Positions 19,175 through 30,677 of a stretch of DNA of 64,000 bases are shown here, in pieces. Within the stretch, counting starts at the first letter, position 1. Every line of letters begins with the position of its first letter. Position numbers and translations under genes: made by a program. Where the stretch lies: positions 15,492 to 79,491 of IMG/VR virus record IMGVR_UViG_3300032295_002257, one strand, 5' to 3'. The notes under the pieces are model-generated. The model saw nothing but the letters and a program-made list of their open reading frames with translations, was not told where the DNA came from and did not search any database. This stretch comes from a virus. Taxonomy: Duplodnaviria > Caudoviricetes.

Positions 19175-22100
19175 TTAATCAACCTCCAATATCGGTTCAC
19201 CACTACCTCTACCAGTCTTAGCCACTCTAAGAATGTTAGGATTAGTTGTAAATGTTTCTACTGCAGGTAATCCGTCAGGGGTTGTTGTTGCGGTTTGTTG
19301 AGAACCTATGAAGTAAGATCTTTCCAATCCCGTAGATAATCCATTTGTATAACGATAGTGTGTATGGAAATAACCTTTCAATTCAGTTACATTGGTAACC
19401 CCATTACCAACAGATACACTTCCATTAAATGGAATAATAGATACCACATTTTTCTTAAATGTAGTAGGGGTATCTTCTAATAATAATGGTTCATTTGGAT
19501 TGGTTTGAGTTAGAACATTTTTAGTTTCTGTCAATTCAACCAAAAATATGTTACTTCTAGATTGACTTACATTTCCTTCCAAATCGGTAAATCTTTTATA
19601 TTGAGTAGTTCCGTTTGGTGCATATAATCCATATCCTAAATTGGCTACTGAATTTTTATCCATACCAACTGCTTCATATTTTCCAATACTTTCATATTCT
19701 GCTAAAAGCGTTTCTCCTATAGAAAATTCAATAGAGGCGTCATATGTAGGGTATTCACCATCCAATAATTCTTCAGTATTATAATCTATAGTTGTATCAT
19801 ATCCTGCGTTTTCACCAACTATTTCAGTTTCATCATTTTGATAAATAATACCATCATAATTTGCTATATCAAATCCCAAAGTTGCATCAATTCTCTCCAC
19901 AACTTCTCCCTCAAATGTAGGGTAATCCGATACAAGGTTTACATTTTCATCAACATTTATTTCTGAATTATGGTCACCCCTTACCGCAGTTGGTTTATCC
20001 CAACGAGTTTTGTTTCTTTCTAAATAGTGTGGTTCTATTAATAATCCTTTAGATATTTTTGCTCTAGCAGGTGCCATATCAGCAAGAACATCAAAAAGAG
20101 ATTTATTAATATATCTAACTAATTGAATATATTCGTTTATATCTCTATCTAATCTTTCAAAATAGTATTCTCTTAAATCATCTAATTGTTTGTAGGAATC
20201 TTTATAATCATCCGATGGGTCACCAATATAGTTATCAATATTAAAATCACCAAATGCTCTTAATATATCCATATTCAACTCTTTAATTGGAGAGAAGAAT
20301 AATCCCAAACGATTTGAATCTGTTGGGGATTTATCAAAAGATTTTTTAGTTACTCTTTGCTTATATGATAAAGATGCAGTATAATTAGAACCTGTTAATT
20401 CTTGTCCAGCTAAATTGAATTGAGATTCAAAACGAATTTTATTAGAAACATTAAAACCTAAAGAAGGAACTTTTGCAGTTACTGTTCTATCATATGGAAC
20501 ATAATGATATGGATATATGGTAGTAGATGGATTACTTGGTAAATCAGTTCTAGTTGGGTAAAAATTACTTGCCGTAGCAAATGGTTCACCATATCCCTCA
20601 TTTATTGCCACATTTAAAATATTTGGGAAAGATACTCTATCTCTTGGATATTCAAAATCTAAACGGAAATATAAATCTGCCGTAGACGAACTATAGTTGT
20701 TACCATTTATAGCATCAGGAAATAATGTATGATTATCAAACTTATCGATTTCTAATGGAACTCTCCATAAACGGAATTCATCTAAGTTTCCGTTAAAATT
20801 ATTACCCATTGATAATGTAGAATTGGTTACCCAATCACTACCAGATGGTGATACTAACAATGATAAACTTGAAGTAATAAGTATTCTATTACCATCACCT
20901 GTTTTTAAATATACATCAAAAGTTTCATCACCACTATCAGTATTTCTATTTATAAGAACATTACTATAATAATCTGGTCTTAACTGAAATTCTGCACTTT
21001 GTGTATAATCATTTCCAATACTAAACCCAATTACAGAAGAAGTAGCTGATGATGTTATTGCTAATGAAAAATTAGAAGATTGTAAAATTTTAAATGAACT
21101 TGTAGTATCAGGCTTAAACATAAACTCTATAGCCTGCGGATAATCTGCTGTTGGATAATTTGTGTTTGCAGGTATTTCTTTCCAAGGTATTAAAACTGAT
21201 GCACTTCCTTGCATTCTAATAGCTGCCGTTCTATCATCAAATGTAAATTCACTAACTCCACCTTTTGTTGGATCTTGCGGTCCGCCAAATTCCATTATTG
21301 TTAACATAGATTGTGGAACACCATAGCAAGCCATAATAGCTTTCATAGCCCTTCCAGTTCCTTTATGTTTTAATAGGTATGGTAAGTTGTTTAGGATTCT
21401 TCTCCAAACTTGATTGTTTGCATCTTCCAATGAAGTTGAGTATTTTGGATAACCTTCTTTAGATTGTCCAAATGCATACTCCCATAGGAATTGAGAATCA
21501 AATGCTCTCTTTCCCTCCCAACCAAAAGATTTTAATATGTTCCAAACAAAATTCTTAGGAACTCCTTTCAAACCTGCTTCATCCAATTTTCTCATTTTGG
21601 TTAAAGCATTTATGTAAACCCAAATAGTATCAAAGTGCTGTCCTATCATATCCAAGAACAACATAAAATCATTATTTTCCGAATTTACATATATAAACTC
21701 AGGTATATTGTTTACTATATAATTTGGATTGTATTTATCATATTCAGTTGCTGCAGCTAATAAAGATTCATACCAACCCACTACATCAATATAGTCCGTT
21801 GGGTATAACAAATATGTTGGTTGTCCTAAATAGCCTGGAGTTGAATATTTTGGATATGCTAAAACATTTAAATCTTTATATAAAAATAATTCAAATCCAT
21901 CGAAAGCTCTTAATATACCATTTAAAGAATCTAATGTTTTTTGAGCCTCTATTCCTTCTGTTGGATTACGAAATACAAATGTTTCTATTTCGAATTGTAA
22001 AAATCCACCATCTTCGGAAGAATCATCCGTAAGTAATAATTCCATAGCTTCCGTTAACACAACACCATTTATTGTTGTTCCTGTTAAACTTGCTAATTTA

Positions 22101-24229
22101 TTTTTATATTTTTCAACTAATTGTATCTTATAAAAAAAGTTATTAACTCTTTCCGCAGCAGAACCAAAGTTTACAAAATTTTGAAATGCATAATGCCATT
22201 CCGTATCATTAGAACCACTTACATATTCTATGTTTAACTTAGATGTATCTATATCTAAATTACTCAAATAACGATTTACTAAATCATTTGATGTTTCACT
22301 ACCACTAGCTATTAAATCATCATAAATTTTATAACCAATATCATTACTTGGCGCTACACCAAAATTAGGTCCTTTTAATGGACTACAAACATCACCAATT
22401 AATCCACTAACTGTTACTGTATCTAAAATTGGATTAGACTGTAATTTAGATAACCAAACTTGCTGATTTGTTTGTATTGATGTTGGTAATGGTTCATATA
22501 ATTTTACAATCAAAGAACCTTCACTACCTGTCCAAGTTGTTACAACTTTATTATCGGCATCACCAAAATTTAAAGTATGGGTTAAATATCTAGATGTTTC
22601 GGTATTTAATATTTGTGAATCGAATTGCTTTAGGAATCCATCCACTAATCTATTAACCGCAACAGGTCTTGGTATATCTAATAATCCTTTTAAAAATTTT
22701 ATTGTAATTAGTTCTTCCTTACCTATTAATGTTTCTTTACCACTTATATTAAATGGAACTAACTTTAAAGTAATTTCAATTTGATTATCAGTTTGAGTAA
22801 ATGCAACACCATCTAATCCAATAAGAGATTGAACATTTAATGTTGTTCTTCCTGTTGCTGGCGCTTGAATGTATGAATTTCCATTTAATTTATAAATTCT
22901 TACATAATCAGTATTAACACTTTCCCATTCTAATTGAAAATCTACATTAGTCCCAACATAATCAGCGCCTTCTATAATAGATGGATATGTTATGTTACGA
23001 ATATCAGGTTCACCTACCCAAACTTCATCAACTACGTTCAATGATATATTTAATGGTTGTCCATCACCATCATTATTTCTAGGTATTATTTGAATATTAT
23101 AAACACCAATTCTACTAAATTTATTTGCAGGTATTAATATTACAAATTCAGAATCAACACCTAAATCAGCATAATCAACTACACTTTCACCAATAACAAC
23201 TCTAAGAGTATTAACTACATTATTTTTTGTTAAAGCTATTGGATATGGTGATTCACTATTTTTATTATATCTTCTTTCATTTTTTCCAAAAGTTTCTACA
23301 ATAGATGGTAGTTGTAAATTTTTTATAAATACCGTTTCAGTTTGAGTTGAAATGGCAGTATCCGCATCTAACACAAATGAAACTTGCAAACTTTGTAGTG
23401 AATCCGATACTTGTCTTTTATCAATTTGCCCACCAATAGTTATAACACTATTTGTAAGTCTAAACCCATCATTTGCAGATAATACTGTTATTTTAGTTCC
23501 AATTGGGTATTCTAAAAGATTATTATTATCTAATATTATCTCACTCGTATCGTTAATTAATAATTTAACAGAACCAATAGCTCCACTATTAACGAAGTTT
23601 ATATCAGCTGTAGCTATTGGTTCTACAACTTCAGTAGATTCTCTTACTAATTCAAATTCAGTTGTAAATTGATTTCCATTAGTATTTGTATTTGAAGTAA
23701 AGGTAGAATCTTCTACTCCATTCACAAACTTTTTTATAGAAACTACAAATGGTGAAACATTTGTAAATACCGGTTGATTTAGATTAGCTAAACCAATTCT
23801 ACTATTAATGTCAAATAATCCATCTCTATTATATCCATTAATAGAAGTTGATGGATCAAATATACTTTCAGTTCTTTCAAATCTAAATTCAGGATTATTA
23901 GTTATATTTACTCTATATTCCTCTTTGGATGAATAGTTTGTTTTATCTAATTTTATTGTAGCTGCTCCACCCTTTTCACGAAGTTCCGATAATGTAAATC
24001 TAAAATAATTAGGCGTAGAACCTTTATCATCTCCTCCAAACAATATCTTTGCATCAGATATATTGGATTTAACTTCTACCAAATATTCACCATCCTGTAA
24101 TTGAGATGGTGCTACATTAGGAGTATATGTGGATGATGCGCCTGTATTAATTGACGAACCACCACCACCGCCACTACCACCATAGTTATCGTTGGAAAGA
24201 TTATTATAGAAATTAAAATTCTCTGCCAT
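19175..24229 (-). CDS. Large baseplate/structural protein with Ig-like and LamG-like regions
   Basis: 1684 aa in the baseplate block. LLKHKGTGRAMKAI resembles the baseplate-wedge KGT motif; GNLDEFRLW is a LamG/ConA-type motif. Confidence 0.6.
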   Translation of the reverse strand: MAENFNFYNNLSNDNYGGSGGGGGSSINTGASSTYTPNVAPSQLQDGEYLVEVKSNISDAKILFGGDDKGSTPNYFRFTLSELREKGGAATIKLDKTNYSSKEEYRVNITNNPEFRFERTESIFDPSTSINGYNRDGLFDINSRIGLANLNQPVFTNVSPFVVSIKKFVNGVEDSTFTSNTNTNGNQFTTEFELVRESTEVVEPIATADINFVNSGAIGSVKLLINDTSEIILDNNNLLEYPIGTKITVLSANDGFRLTNSVITIGGQIDKRQVSDSLQSLQVSFVLDADTAISTQTETVFIKNLQLPSIVETFGKNERRYNKNSESPYPIALTKNNVVNTLRVVIGESVVDYADLGVDSEFVILIPANKFSRIGVYNIQIIPRNNDGDGQPLNISLNVVDEVWVGEPDIRNITYPSIIEGADYVGTNVDFQLEWESVNTDYVRIYKLNGNSYIQAPATGRTTLNVQSLIGLDGVAFTQTDNQIEITLKLVPFNISGKETLIGKEELITIKFLKGLLDIPRPVAVNRLVDGFLKQFDSQILNTETSRYLTHTLNFGDADNKVVTTWTGSEGSLIVKLYEPLPTSIQTNQQVWLSKLQSNPILDTVTVSGLIGDVCSPLKGPNFGVAPSNDIGYKIYDDLIASGSETSNDLVNRYLSNLDIDTSKLNIEYVSGSNDTEWHYAFQNFVNFGSAAERVNNFFYKIQLVEKYKNKLASLTGTTINGVVLTEAMELLLTDDSSEDGGFLQFEIETFVFRNPTEGIEAQKTLDSLNGILRAFDGFELFLYKDLNVLAYPKYSTPGYLGQPTYLLYPTDYIDVVGWYESLLAAATEYDKYNPNYIVNNIPEFIYVNSENNDFMLFLDMIGQHFDTIWVYINALTKMRKLDEAGLKGVPKNFVWNILKSFGWEGKRAFDSQFLWEYAFGQSKEGYPKYSTSLEDANNQVWRRILNNLPYLLKHKGTGRAMKAIMACYGVPQSMLTIMEFGGPQDPTKGGVSEFTFDDRTAAIRMQGSASVLIPWKEIPANTNYPTADYPQAIEFMFKPDTTSSFKILQSSNFSLAITSSATSSVIGFSIGNDYTQSAEFQLRPDYYSNVLINRNTDSGDETFDVYLKTGDGNRILITSSLSLLVSPSGSDWVTNSTLSMGNNFNGNLDEFRLWRVPLEIDKFDNHTLFPDAINGNNYSSSTADLYFRLDFEYPRDRVSFPNILNVAINEGYGEPFATASNFYPTRTDLPSNPSTTIYPYHYVPYDRTVTAKVPSLGFNVSNKIRFESQFNLAGQELTGSNYTASLSYKQRVTKKSFDKSPTDSNRLGLFFSPIKELNMDILRAFGDFNIDNYIGDPSDDYKDSYKQLDDLREYYFERLDRDINEYIQLVRYINKSLFDVLADMAPARAKISKGLLIEPHYLERNKTRWDKPTAVRGDHNSEINVDENVNLVSDYPTFEGEVVERIDATLGFDIANYDGIIYQNDETEIVGENAGYDTTIDYNTEELLDGEYPTYDASIEFSIGETLLAEYESIGKYEAVGMDKNSVANLGYGLYAPNGTTQYKRFTDLEGNVSQSRSNIFLVELTETKNVLTQTNPNEPLLLEDTPTTFKKNVVSIIPFNGSVSVGNGVTNVTELKGYFHTHYRYTNGLSTGLERSYFIGSQQTATTTPDGLPAVETFTTNPNILRVAKTGRGSGEPILEVD

Positions 24230-25491
24230 TATTGTATATTTTGTCTATCAATTAAATTACCATCGACTACTCTTTCTCTACCGAACCCCGTTCCTAAATC
24301 TCTTTCAATAAAAGATCCACCACCACCACCACGATTTCCACCACTGCCAGCAGTAATGATTGGTGAGGAATATATGATTTCTTCTGTTTTAATAGGAGCT
24401 ATATATACCGGCTCTTCAATTGGTGTTATAATTGTTTTAATTGGTTTTTCAATTTCTTTTCTTATCAATCTTTCAACAGAAGCTGCTATACCTGTTATAT
24501 CAGGTTTAGTTATTGTCTTTATTTGTAATTCAACTTCTTTAGGTGTAATTACGATATCAGTTTCAGATGATTGTAATATATCACGAACTTCATCTACACT
24601 TGCTTCAAAAGAACTAACAGTTGTAGTTCTTAATTTAACATCTTGTTGAGGTAAATAATAATTAACTATATATGTTAACAATTGCTTACAAGTATTAACA
24701 ATAGATTCTTTAGATAATTCTATTTTAGGTTTAGTTCTTTTTGGTTTACCAAAATTAATATCATCGATTTTGGATATTCTATTTGTAAATTCGTATATAC
24801 TAGCTTGTCTAAATTTAACATATATATTATTTACAAATACTTCAAAATCTTTTATTTTAAATTCTGATATTAATTCATCTACCCAAGTATTACCATATTT
24901 GTTTCTAATAAAAGTTGTTAATTTTGTTGCATCAATAGTTTCAATAAATTCTAATGCGTATGCAATTGTATCCTCTCTGAAATCACCATCATTTATGAAA
25001 ATATTAAATCTTTCTTGCAATTCTGGATTTATAGAAACTCCTTCTTTTAATGGAAATAATCTAACTTCTGTTCGAGATGGTGATATCTCATTTATCCATA
25101 GTTTATCATATTGCTTCTCACTACCAGCTCGTTTATTAATTAAAGTTATTTGAGTTTTAAATATACCATTAGTATATCCAGCTTCAGCTAATAATCTTTC
25201 AGCATCAATGAAATATTCGGATGGTAATTTATATTTTTGAAAAAGAGTTCCATCTTGTATTAAAAAATAGTCATTTATATTCTGACTATTCAACGGAATA
25301 TATCTAACCAAATTGCCATCAACTTGTGGTAACTGATTATCGTTTATATCATATATAATAAATTCAATGGCATCACTTTCACTAAATCCAAAAAAAGATT
25401 GTAAATCTTGTTCTTCAAAGATTTTTCTATCCTCTGAATTTATAACATATCCTTTGTTATTAATTAACTCTTTTATATTCCTAATTGCCAT
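24229..25491 (-). CDS. Putative virion structural protein with Gly-rich tail
   Basis: 420-aa ORF coupled inside the structural operon. Confidence 0.5.
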   Translation of the reverse strand: MAIRNIKELINNKGYVINSEDRKIFEEQDLQSFFGFSESDAIEFIIYDINDNQLPQVDGNLVRYIPLNSQNINDYFLIQDGTLFQKYKLPSEYFIDAERLLAEAGYTNGIFKTQITLINKRAGSEKQYDKLWINEISPSRTEVRLFPLKEGVSINPELQERFNIFINDGDFREDTIAYALEFIETIDATKLTTFIRNKYGNTWVDELISEFKIKDFEVFVNNIYVKFRQASIYEFTNRISKIDDINFGKPKRTKPKIELSKESIVNTCKQLLTYIVNYYLPQQDVKLRTTTVSSFEASVDEVRDILQSSETDIVITPKEVELQIKTITKPDITGIAASVERLIRKEIEKPIKTIITPIEEPVYIAPIKTEEIIYSSPIITAGSGGNRGGGGGSFIERDLGTGFGRERVVDGNLIDRQNIQ

Positions 25492-26546
25492 GCTGATTTT
25501 TTTCTTTTATTTAAAGTTGTATCATAGAACCAATAAGAATATTGACTTCCAATTTTATGAATTAGTTTACCAACCCAATTATCCTTTTTCAATTCACCCA
25601 TTTCATAGGCCATATGCTCAGTCCAAGGTTTAACTATAAAATATATATACTTTGTGTATTGCGGTTTTTGCTTCATAAACTTAACAACACCCTTAGCCCA
25701 CATATTATATCCTATAACTAATTTTCTATCCACACCCCACATCATCTCACCATAACGTTCATCCGCATCCCAAATATTTTGAGGTAAGAATCCTTGATTG
25801 TATAATTCGTTACAAATGATTTTCTTTTTCTTACTTCCTGCAATTGCTGCCTGTTGAGCTGCTGCTGCCTGAGATTGTGCGGTGTTTGTTTGAGAAACTA
25901 AGTTTGTAAGCTGACCGTTTAACCCATTAATAGTATTAGTTAAATTATTAATTTGAGTTTGAGCCGTTGCTAATTGTTCATTTAAAACTACAACTTGCCC
26001 TTCCAATAATTCATTTCTAGCAGTAAGTGAAACTCTTTGAATTGCTTCAGATGTTGCTTTTTGAATTGAGTTTTGTAATTCAACGATACTAGATTGAACT
26101 TTGGCAACCGATTGTCTATTTTGATTTTCAACCGATGCTACTACTATTTCTCTACCATCTAACTCAACTCTAAGAGATTGGGTAACTATTTCTAATTCAG
26201 AAACTTTAGCAGTTAAGTCAGAAACATCAATAGTTAATAATCTAACTTGCTCACGTAAATCTTCTATTTGATCTAATGCTTCATTGTATATACTTCTTAA
26301 TACAGTATCAGGAAGTTCTGGTGCCTGAACTGGTATTAGTTCGGTTATAATAGTATCAATGGATTTTACTAATTCCCCTTCGTTATACTTTGGTTTTGTT
26401 AATTTACCAAATAAAATACCATCATCACTAACAGAGCCGCTAAAAACATGCACACCAAATTCATTTTTGGTTTTAATAGCAAGAGAGCCACTTTGAATCA
26501 GCTCACTTACCTTTATCTCATTTTTTAATCCTGTCTGCTGTTTCAT
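25473..26546 (-). CDS. Coiled-coil protein with C-terminal KKIICxELY helical domain
   Basis: Long heptad region at about aa 80-240, Q/A linker, then IICNELYNQG...WDADERYG...GYNMWA. Confidence 0.55.
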   Translation of the reverse strand: MKQQTGLKNEIKVSELIQSGSLAIKTKNEFGVHVFSGSVSDDGILFGKLTKPKYNEGELVKSIDTIITELIPVQAPELPDTVLRSIYNEALDQIEDLREQVRLLTIDVSDLTAKVSELEIVTQSLRVELDGREIVVASVENQNRQSVAKVQSSIVELQNSIQKATSEAIQRVSLTARNELLEGQVVVLNEQLATAQTQINNLTNTINGLNGQLTNLVSQTNTAQSQAAAAQQAAIAGSKKKKIICNELYNQGFLPQNIWDADERYGEMMWGVDRKLVIGYNMWAKGVVKFMKQKPQYTKYIYFIVKPWTEHMAYEMGELKKDNWVGKLIHKIGSQYSYWFYDTTLNKRKKSAWQLGI

Positions 26547-26550
26547 TGAA

Positions 26551-27627
26551 TTATTTTTCTATTATGCCAAATGTAATATCATCATCGTAGAATATTTCAT
26601 CACCATCAGATACCATTTTAAATTCCAATTTATATACTCGATTTACTTCCCAATTTGAAAAATTAAATTCTATAAAATTTCCAGAGGTATCACAACTAAC
26701 TTTAGAATGTGAACTAAATGGAATTATAATATCATCTGATAATAAATCTTTTACCTGATAGTATGTTGTGATTGGTAGGTATTTTACATCGTTATATGCA
26801 AATGTGTTTGTAAATGTTTTAATAGGATATTTTTCTCTACCTGTTATTCTTAATTTTTTAACACTACCAACTTTATACTCTGTTTTAAGGTTTTTAACTC
26901 TAACCACAACATCATTTGATATAACATCTAATGGTTGCAAAGAACCTGTAGTTATACTTTGGTCATCCCAACTTACAACTAATTTTGGTTGATGAATTGT
27001 ATATGTTTCTTTACTAAAGAATTTTAGTTGTCCATAATCATTTGTATCATTTTCCAAAGATGATGAGTATTTTAAGATAAATCCTTCATTTGGTAAACTA
27101 CCACTCAACCATCTTTGAACGATACCTTTAACATCCATATTTAAATCAGCAGTTTCGTAATTAAACGATTGAGATGCCGATACTATTGTGTACCAAGTTC
27201 CACCCGTTCCATCGTTAGGATTACTATCACTACCACTTGCTAAATTTGTTGTTATCCAATCTATAGCAGATTCTCCATTTCTATATGTCCAAGTTACGCC
27301 GGTTGTTGATACATCATCAAAACGAGTTCCATTGCCCATTTCCCAACTTTGTGAAATTGGATGTGCAAATATTGTATATTCTAATGGAATTTCATTACTT
27401 TCAGTTTCTCTCATCGACAATCTGATATTACTCAGAGTAACATCACCTGCGGCGATAGCTTGTGATAGAGCATTTAAATCAAATTTAATTAATGCTCTAG
27501 AAACATCTTTTATATTCCCATAATAAACTTTACTAACTTCCAATATTTGGTCTAACCCAGTATTTTGGTTTGGTTGTTGTAAGTAAACCGATGCATCTTT
27601 TGATGCTGTAATAAAATAGTATGCCAT
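26551..27627 (-). CDS. Virion structural protein, beta-sandwich (DNRLRE/CBM-like)
   Basis: ASKDASVY...NTG...SRALIKFDL and NEGFILK...KFFSKET...PKLVVSWDD patterns. Confidence 0.5.
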   Translation of the reverse strand: MAYYFITASKDASVYLQQPNQNTGLDQILEVSKVYYGNIKDVSRALIKFDLNALSQAIAAGDVTLSNIRLSMRETESNEIPLEYTIFAHPISQSWEMGNGTRFDDVSTTGVTWTYRNGESAIDWITTNLASGSDSNPNDGTGGTWYTIVSASQSFNYETADLNMDVKGIVQRWLSGSLPNEGFILKYSSSLENDTNDYGQLKFFSKETYTIHQPKLVVSWDDQSITTGSLQPLDVISNDVVVRVKNLKTEYKVGSVKKLRITGREKYPIKTFTNTFAYNDVKYLPITTYYQVKDLLSDDIIIPFSSHSKVSCDTSGNFIEFNFSNWEVNRVYKLEFKMVSDGDEIFYDDDITFGIIEK

Positions 27628-29666
27628 TATCTTGCTCTTCCTTTTATATCTGAGTTAGGGAATTTCACTTCAAAAACACAAGGGTCTAAAGATGGATAAA
27701 TTATCTTCTCTTTAGTTGCCGCAGTTATATTATATGAATTTGGTGAGTATTGTCCTTTACATTTATTTGTGATTTCTAATTTTGGAACAGACGAAACACC
27801 TTCTACATTAGCTATAGTTAATTCAATTTCACTAAGGTTTATTGTTTGATTAAAAGTCCACTTATCTATTAAGAAAAAGTTTTTTAATTCATTTATACAT
27901 TGAGTAAGAACTTCAGATTTATTATAATTGTCTAATACAGTTATTTCAAAATCAACACCTATGTTTACAATAAATCCATCTATTATATTAACACCATCAG
28001 TTAATATTTTATATTCATTTAGATATGTTTTAAGATTTTGTTTTATTGCTCTATTAATTTGTGTTAAATGTCCATTTCTATTATAACCTAATAAATAAAG
28101 GTTAATTGCAAATGGATTATTTATTTCATTTACATTATCAGTTTTACCTACTAAGAAATTTTTAATTTCTTCTTTTACTTCAGCTGATGATGGCTCTTCA
28201 TTATCTGCCTTCTCAATAAATGTCATTACTAAATCAGTAAATTGTTGTAATGAATTTGGAGATGCTAATATGGATGATGGGGAGTTATTATCTAATTGAC
28301 CATCTGCACTAGCATACGCTTTTGCAATACCACCATATCTTGCTGGCATTGATAATACTCTAACTTGATAATCTTTAGCAGTTACTGCTCTATTTTGAGA
28401 ACCAAAATTTGCTAATGAATTTTGTCTAATTTCCTCCAATGTTTCAGCACCTCTACCACCTACAGCAGGAACTTCATTATCTACTGCTAATGAATTTTTA
28501 CTTTGTTGATATATACCTCTTTGAACTGGTGTGAATCTTAATAAATCTTCATCATATTCAACCCCTGTTATTCGTGTTATATCTCCAACACTTGTATTGC
28601 TAGTAACGCCACCACCTGTCAAATATTTTATTGTAATTGTTGTATTTGATGGAGAAGTTCCGTATGTTTTTGTTTTTAAGAAGTTTGTTGGGTCAAATGA
28701 TTCTTCCAGTCTACTAATAGAGTTTGGTAATCCCAATCCTACATTTTTAAGATTTGGAATTAATTGTTCATCGCTTGCCGATGGGTCTCCTGCTCCAAAT
28801 TGTATTGTAGTTGTATTATCATCATTTACTTTAACTACAAATCTTCTAGGAGTTTTTAATGTTTTTAAAATATATGGGACAGTATCTCTAAATTGAAATA
28901 GTTCAGGATCATTTGATAGTGTATTTTTTTCTTCAATAAAAACCATCTCTTGTCCTAAATAAGGAACTTCGTAATATTTGTTACCATCACCATCTCTTAC
29001 ATCAACAATTTGTATTATATTCGTTTCAGAAAGTTCTATAGTTCTAAATGCTTCATACGAACCAAATGTTAATGTTTTTTCGTTAATTATGGATGATATA
29101 GCTTGCACCTGCTTTTTTACTAAATAAAACGATGGTTCGCCCGTATCAGAATCTCTTTGATAAACAGTTACTTCTCTATTATATTCATCTGCAAAATCTA
29201 CCATTTCTGTGGTTCTGAATTGCGTTGAGTTACTTTGAGCTTCAACTACCATACCTTCCCTTATTCTTAAATAATATGTCTCATCCGGCTTATTATTAAT
29301 ACCCGTTCCTATAGAAGGAACTAAATGATATAATGATAATGTGGTTATAGAAGGAGATGTAACTTTTGGTTTGTAACCTAAATATTGAGATAATGCTAAT
29401 ACACTTTTAGAATCTTCTGCGTATGGCATCAATGATTCTTTAAATGTATCATCAACATAGTATGAAAGAGCATCACCTATATACGATGCCATTTCTATAA
29501 ACATCATACCTGGAGATGTTTCATTAAAATCATTGTAAGTTTTAGGAAAATATGTTTTAGTAAATTCAATTAAATTACTTCTAAATCCCGAAAAATCGGT
29601 GTTTAGATATTTGATATCTTTACCTTTATTTTTAAAATTTTTACTTACTGTGTTATTAGTTGCCAT
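27627..29666 (-). CDS. Baseplate wedge subunit (T4 gp6 / baseplate J-like)
   Basis: DFNETSPGMMFIEMASYIGD, GGRGAETLEEIR and QNRAVTAKDY motifs. Confidence 0.85.
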   Translation of the reverse strand: MATNNTVSKNFKNKGKDIKYLNTDFSGFRSNLIEFTKTYFPKTYNDFNETSPGMMFIEMASYIGDALSYYVDDTFKESLMPYAEDSKSVLALSQYLGYKPKVTSPSITTLSLYHLVPSIGTGINNKPDETYYLRIREGMVVEAQSNSTQFRTTEMVDFADEYNREVTVYQRDSDTGEPSFYLVKKQVQAISSIINEKTLTFGSYEAFRTIELSETNIIQIVDVRDGDGNKYYEVPYLGQEMVFIEEKNTLSNDPELFQFRDTVPYILKTLKTPRRFVVKVNDDNTTTIQFGAGDPSASDEQLIPNLKNVGLGLPNSISRLEESFDPTNFLKTKTYGTSPSNTTITIKYLTGGGVTSNTSVGDITRITGVEYDEDLLRFTPVQRGIYQQSKNSLAVDNEVPAVGGRGAETLEEIRQNSLANFGSQNRAVTAKDYQVRVLSMPARYGGIAKAYASADGQLDNNSPSSILASPNSLQQFTDLVMTFIEKADNEEPSSAEVKEEIKNFLVGKTDNVNEINNPFAINLYLLGYNRNGHLTQINRAIKQNLKTYLNEYKILTDGVNIIDGFIVNIGVDFEITVLDNYNKSEVLTQCINELKNFFLIDKWTFNQTINLSEIELTIANVEGVSSVPKLEITNKCKGQYSPNSYNITAATKEKIIYPSLDPCVFEVKFPNSDIKGRAR

Positions 29667-29670
29667 TTGC

Positions 29671-30093
29671 TTATATTGTAAAAGTTACCTGATTTAAACT
29701 CACCGAATCTCCAATTCTAAAATTTATAGATATGTTAACTTGATTTCTATCTTTTAGGAAATCCGTTTGTTCTATATCAATAGTATCAACACTAACATAT
29801 GGTAACCATTGTGCTAATGTAGATGTTATAACTTCTTCTATTTTAACCGAAAGTTCATCATCGTTAAAATCAAAAACCAATTCATTCAAACCACTTCCCA
29901 AAAAGGGTTGCATTACTCTTTCTTTTCTTTTGGTTAATAATAAAGATTTTATATTTGTTCTAACCTGGTCAAATGTTTTAAATGATTGATTAAAAGCAGT
30001 ATTACCTATTTGTAACGGCAAAGTGATACCTATTGGAATATCTTCAAATTGTTTTAAATCAGTTACAGGTTTACTACCTAATATTACAGCCAT
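29671..30093 (-). CDS. Baseplate protein gp25-like (GPW/gp25)
   Basis: NIKSLLLTKRKERVMQPFLGSGL and LAQWLPYV. Confidence 0.85.
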   Translation of the reverse strand: MAVILGSKPVTDLKQFEDIPIGITLPLQIGNTAFNQSFKTFDQVRTNIKSLLLTKRKERVMQPFLGSGLNELVFDFNDDELSVKIEEVITSTLAQWLPYVSVDTIDIEQTDFLKDRNQVNISINFRIGDSVSLNQVTFTI

Positions 30094-30590
30094 TATTTTT
30101 TATTAAATCTTTTTACCAATTCAGAATAATCTCTGTTCAATGCTTTATCCAATGCATCATTTCCGGTTTGAACTCCCAATCCACTTGGTTGAGCTCCACC
30201 TCCACCTAAATCACCATATCCCATTTTAGATGCCATTTCAGCTCTCAATCCAGCCAAACCAGCACCTGCTATATTTGGATTACTGAAATTCACAGTCTTA
30301 TCCATAGTGCTTTGTCTAGTTTCATTTAAGATTTGGTTTAATACCGCATCTTTCACATATTGAACCTCTTCTACCTTTTGGGTAGTTTTTTTAGGAGTAT
30401 CTTCACCTAAAATCGCTTTTGCCATAGACAACCCAGCACTCTCTTTTTTTGGTTGCTGAGTTTTAATTTGTTCGGATAAAATCCTTTTTACTTCAGACCT
30501 TACACTTTCTTTAATTAGAGTAGGTAATTGTTCCTTTAACTCTTCTTTTATAAGAATTTGTATGGCTTTTAATAATTTACTACTATCCAT
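30093..30590 (-). CDS. Hypothetical virion-associated protein
   Basis: 165-aa ORF with late motif at 30616-30623. Confidence 0.5.
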   Translation of the reverse strand: MDSSKLLKAIQILIKEELKEQLPTLIKESVRSEVKRILSEQIKTQQPKKESAGLSMAKAILGEDTPKKTTQKVEEVQYVKDAVLNQILNETRQSTMDKTVNFSNPNIAGAGLAGLRAEMASKMGYGDLGGGGAQPSGLGVQTGNDALDKALNRDYSELVKRFNKK

Positions 30591-30677
30591 TGTATTATGT
30601 TTCTTTGTTGTTAATATAAATATCCGATTTGTTTATTTTTTGAGATTATATCCAAAAGTTTAGGATTTTACCATTTG

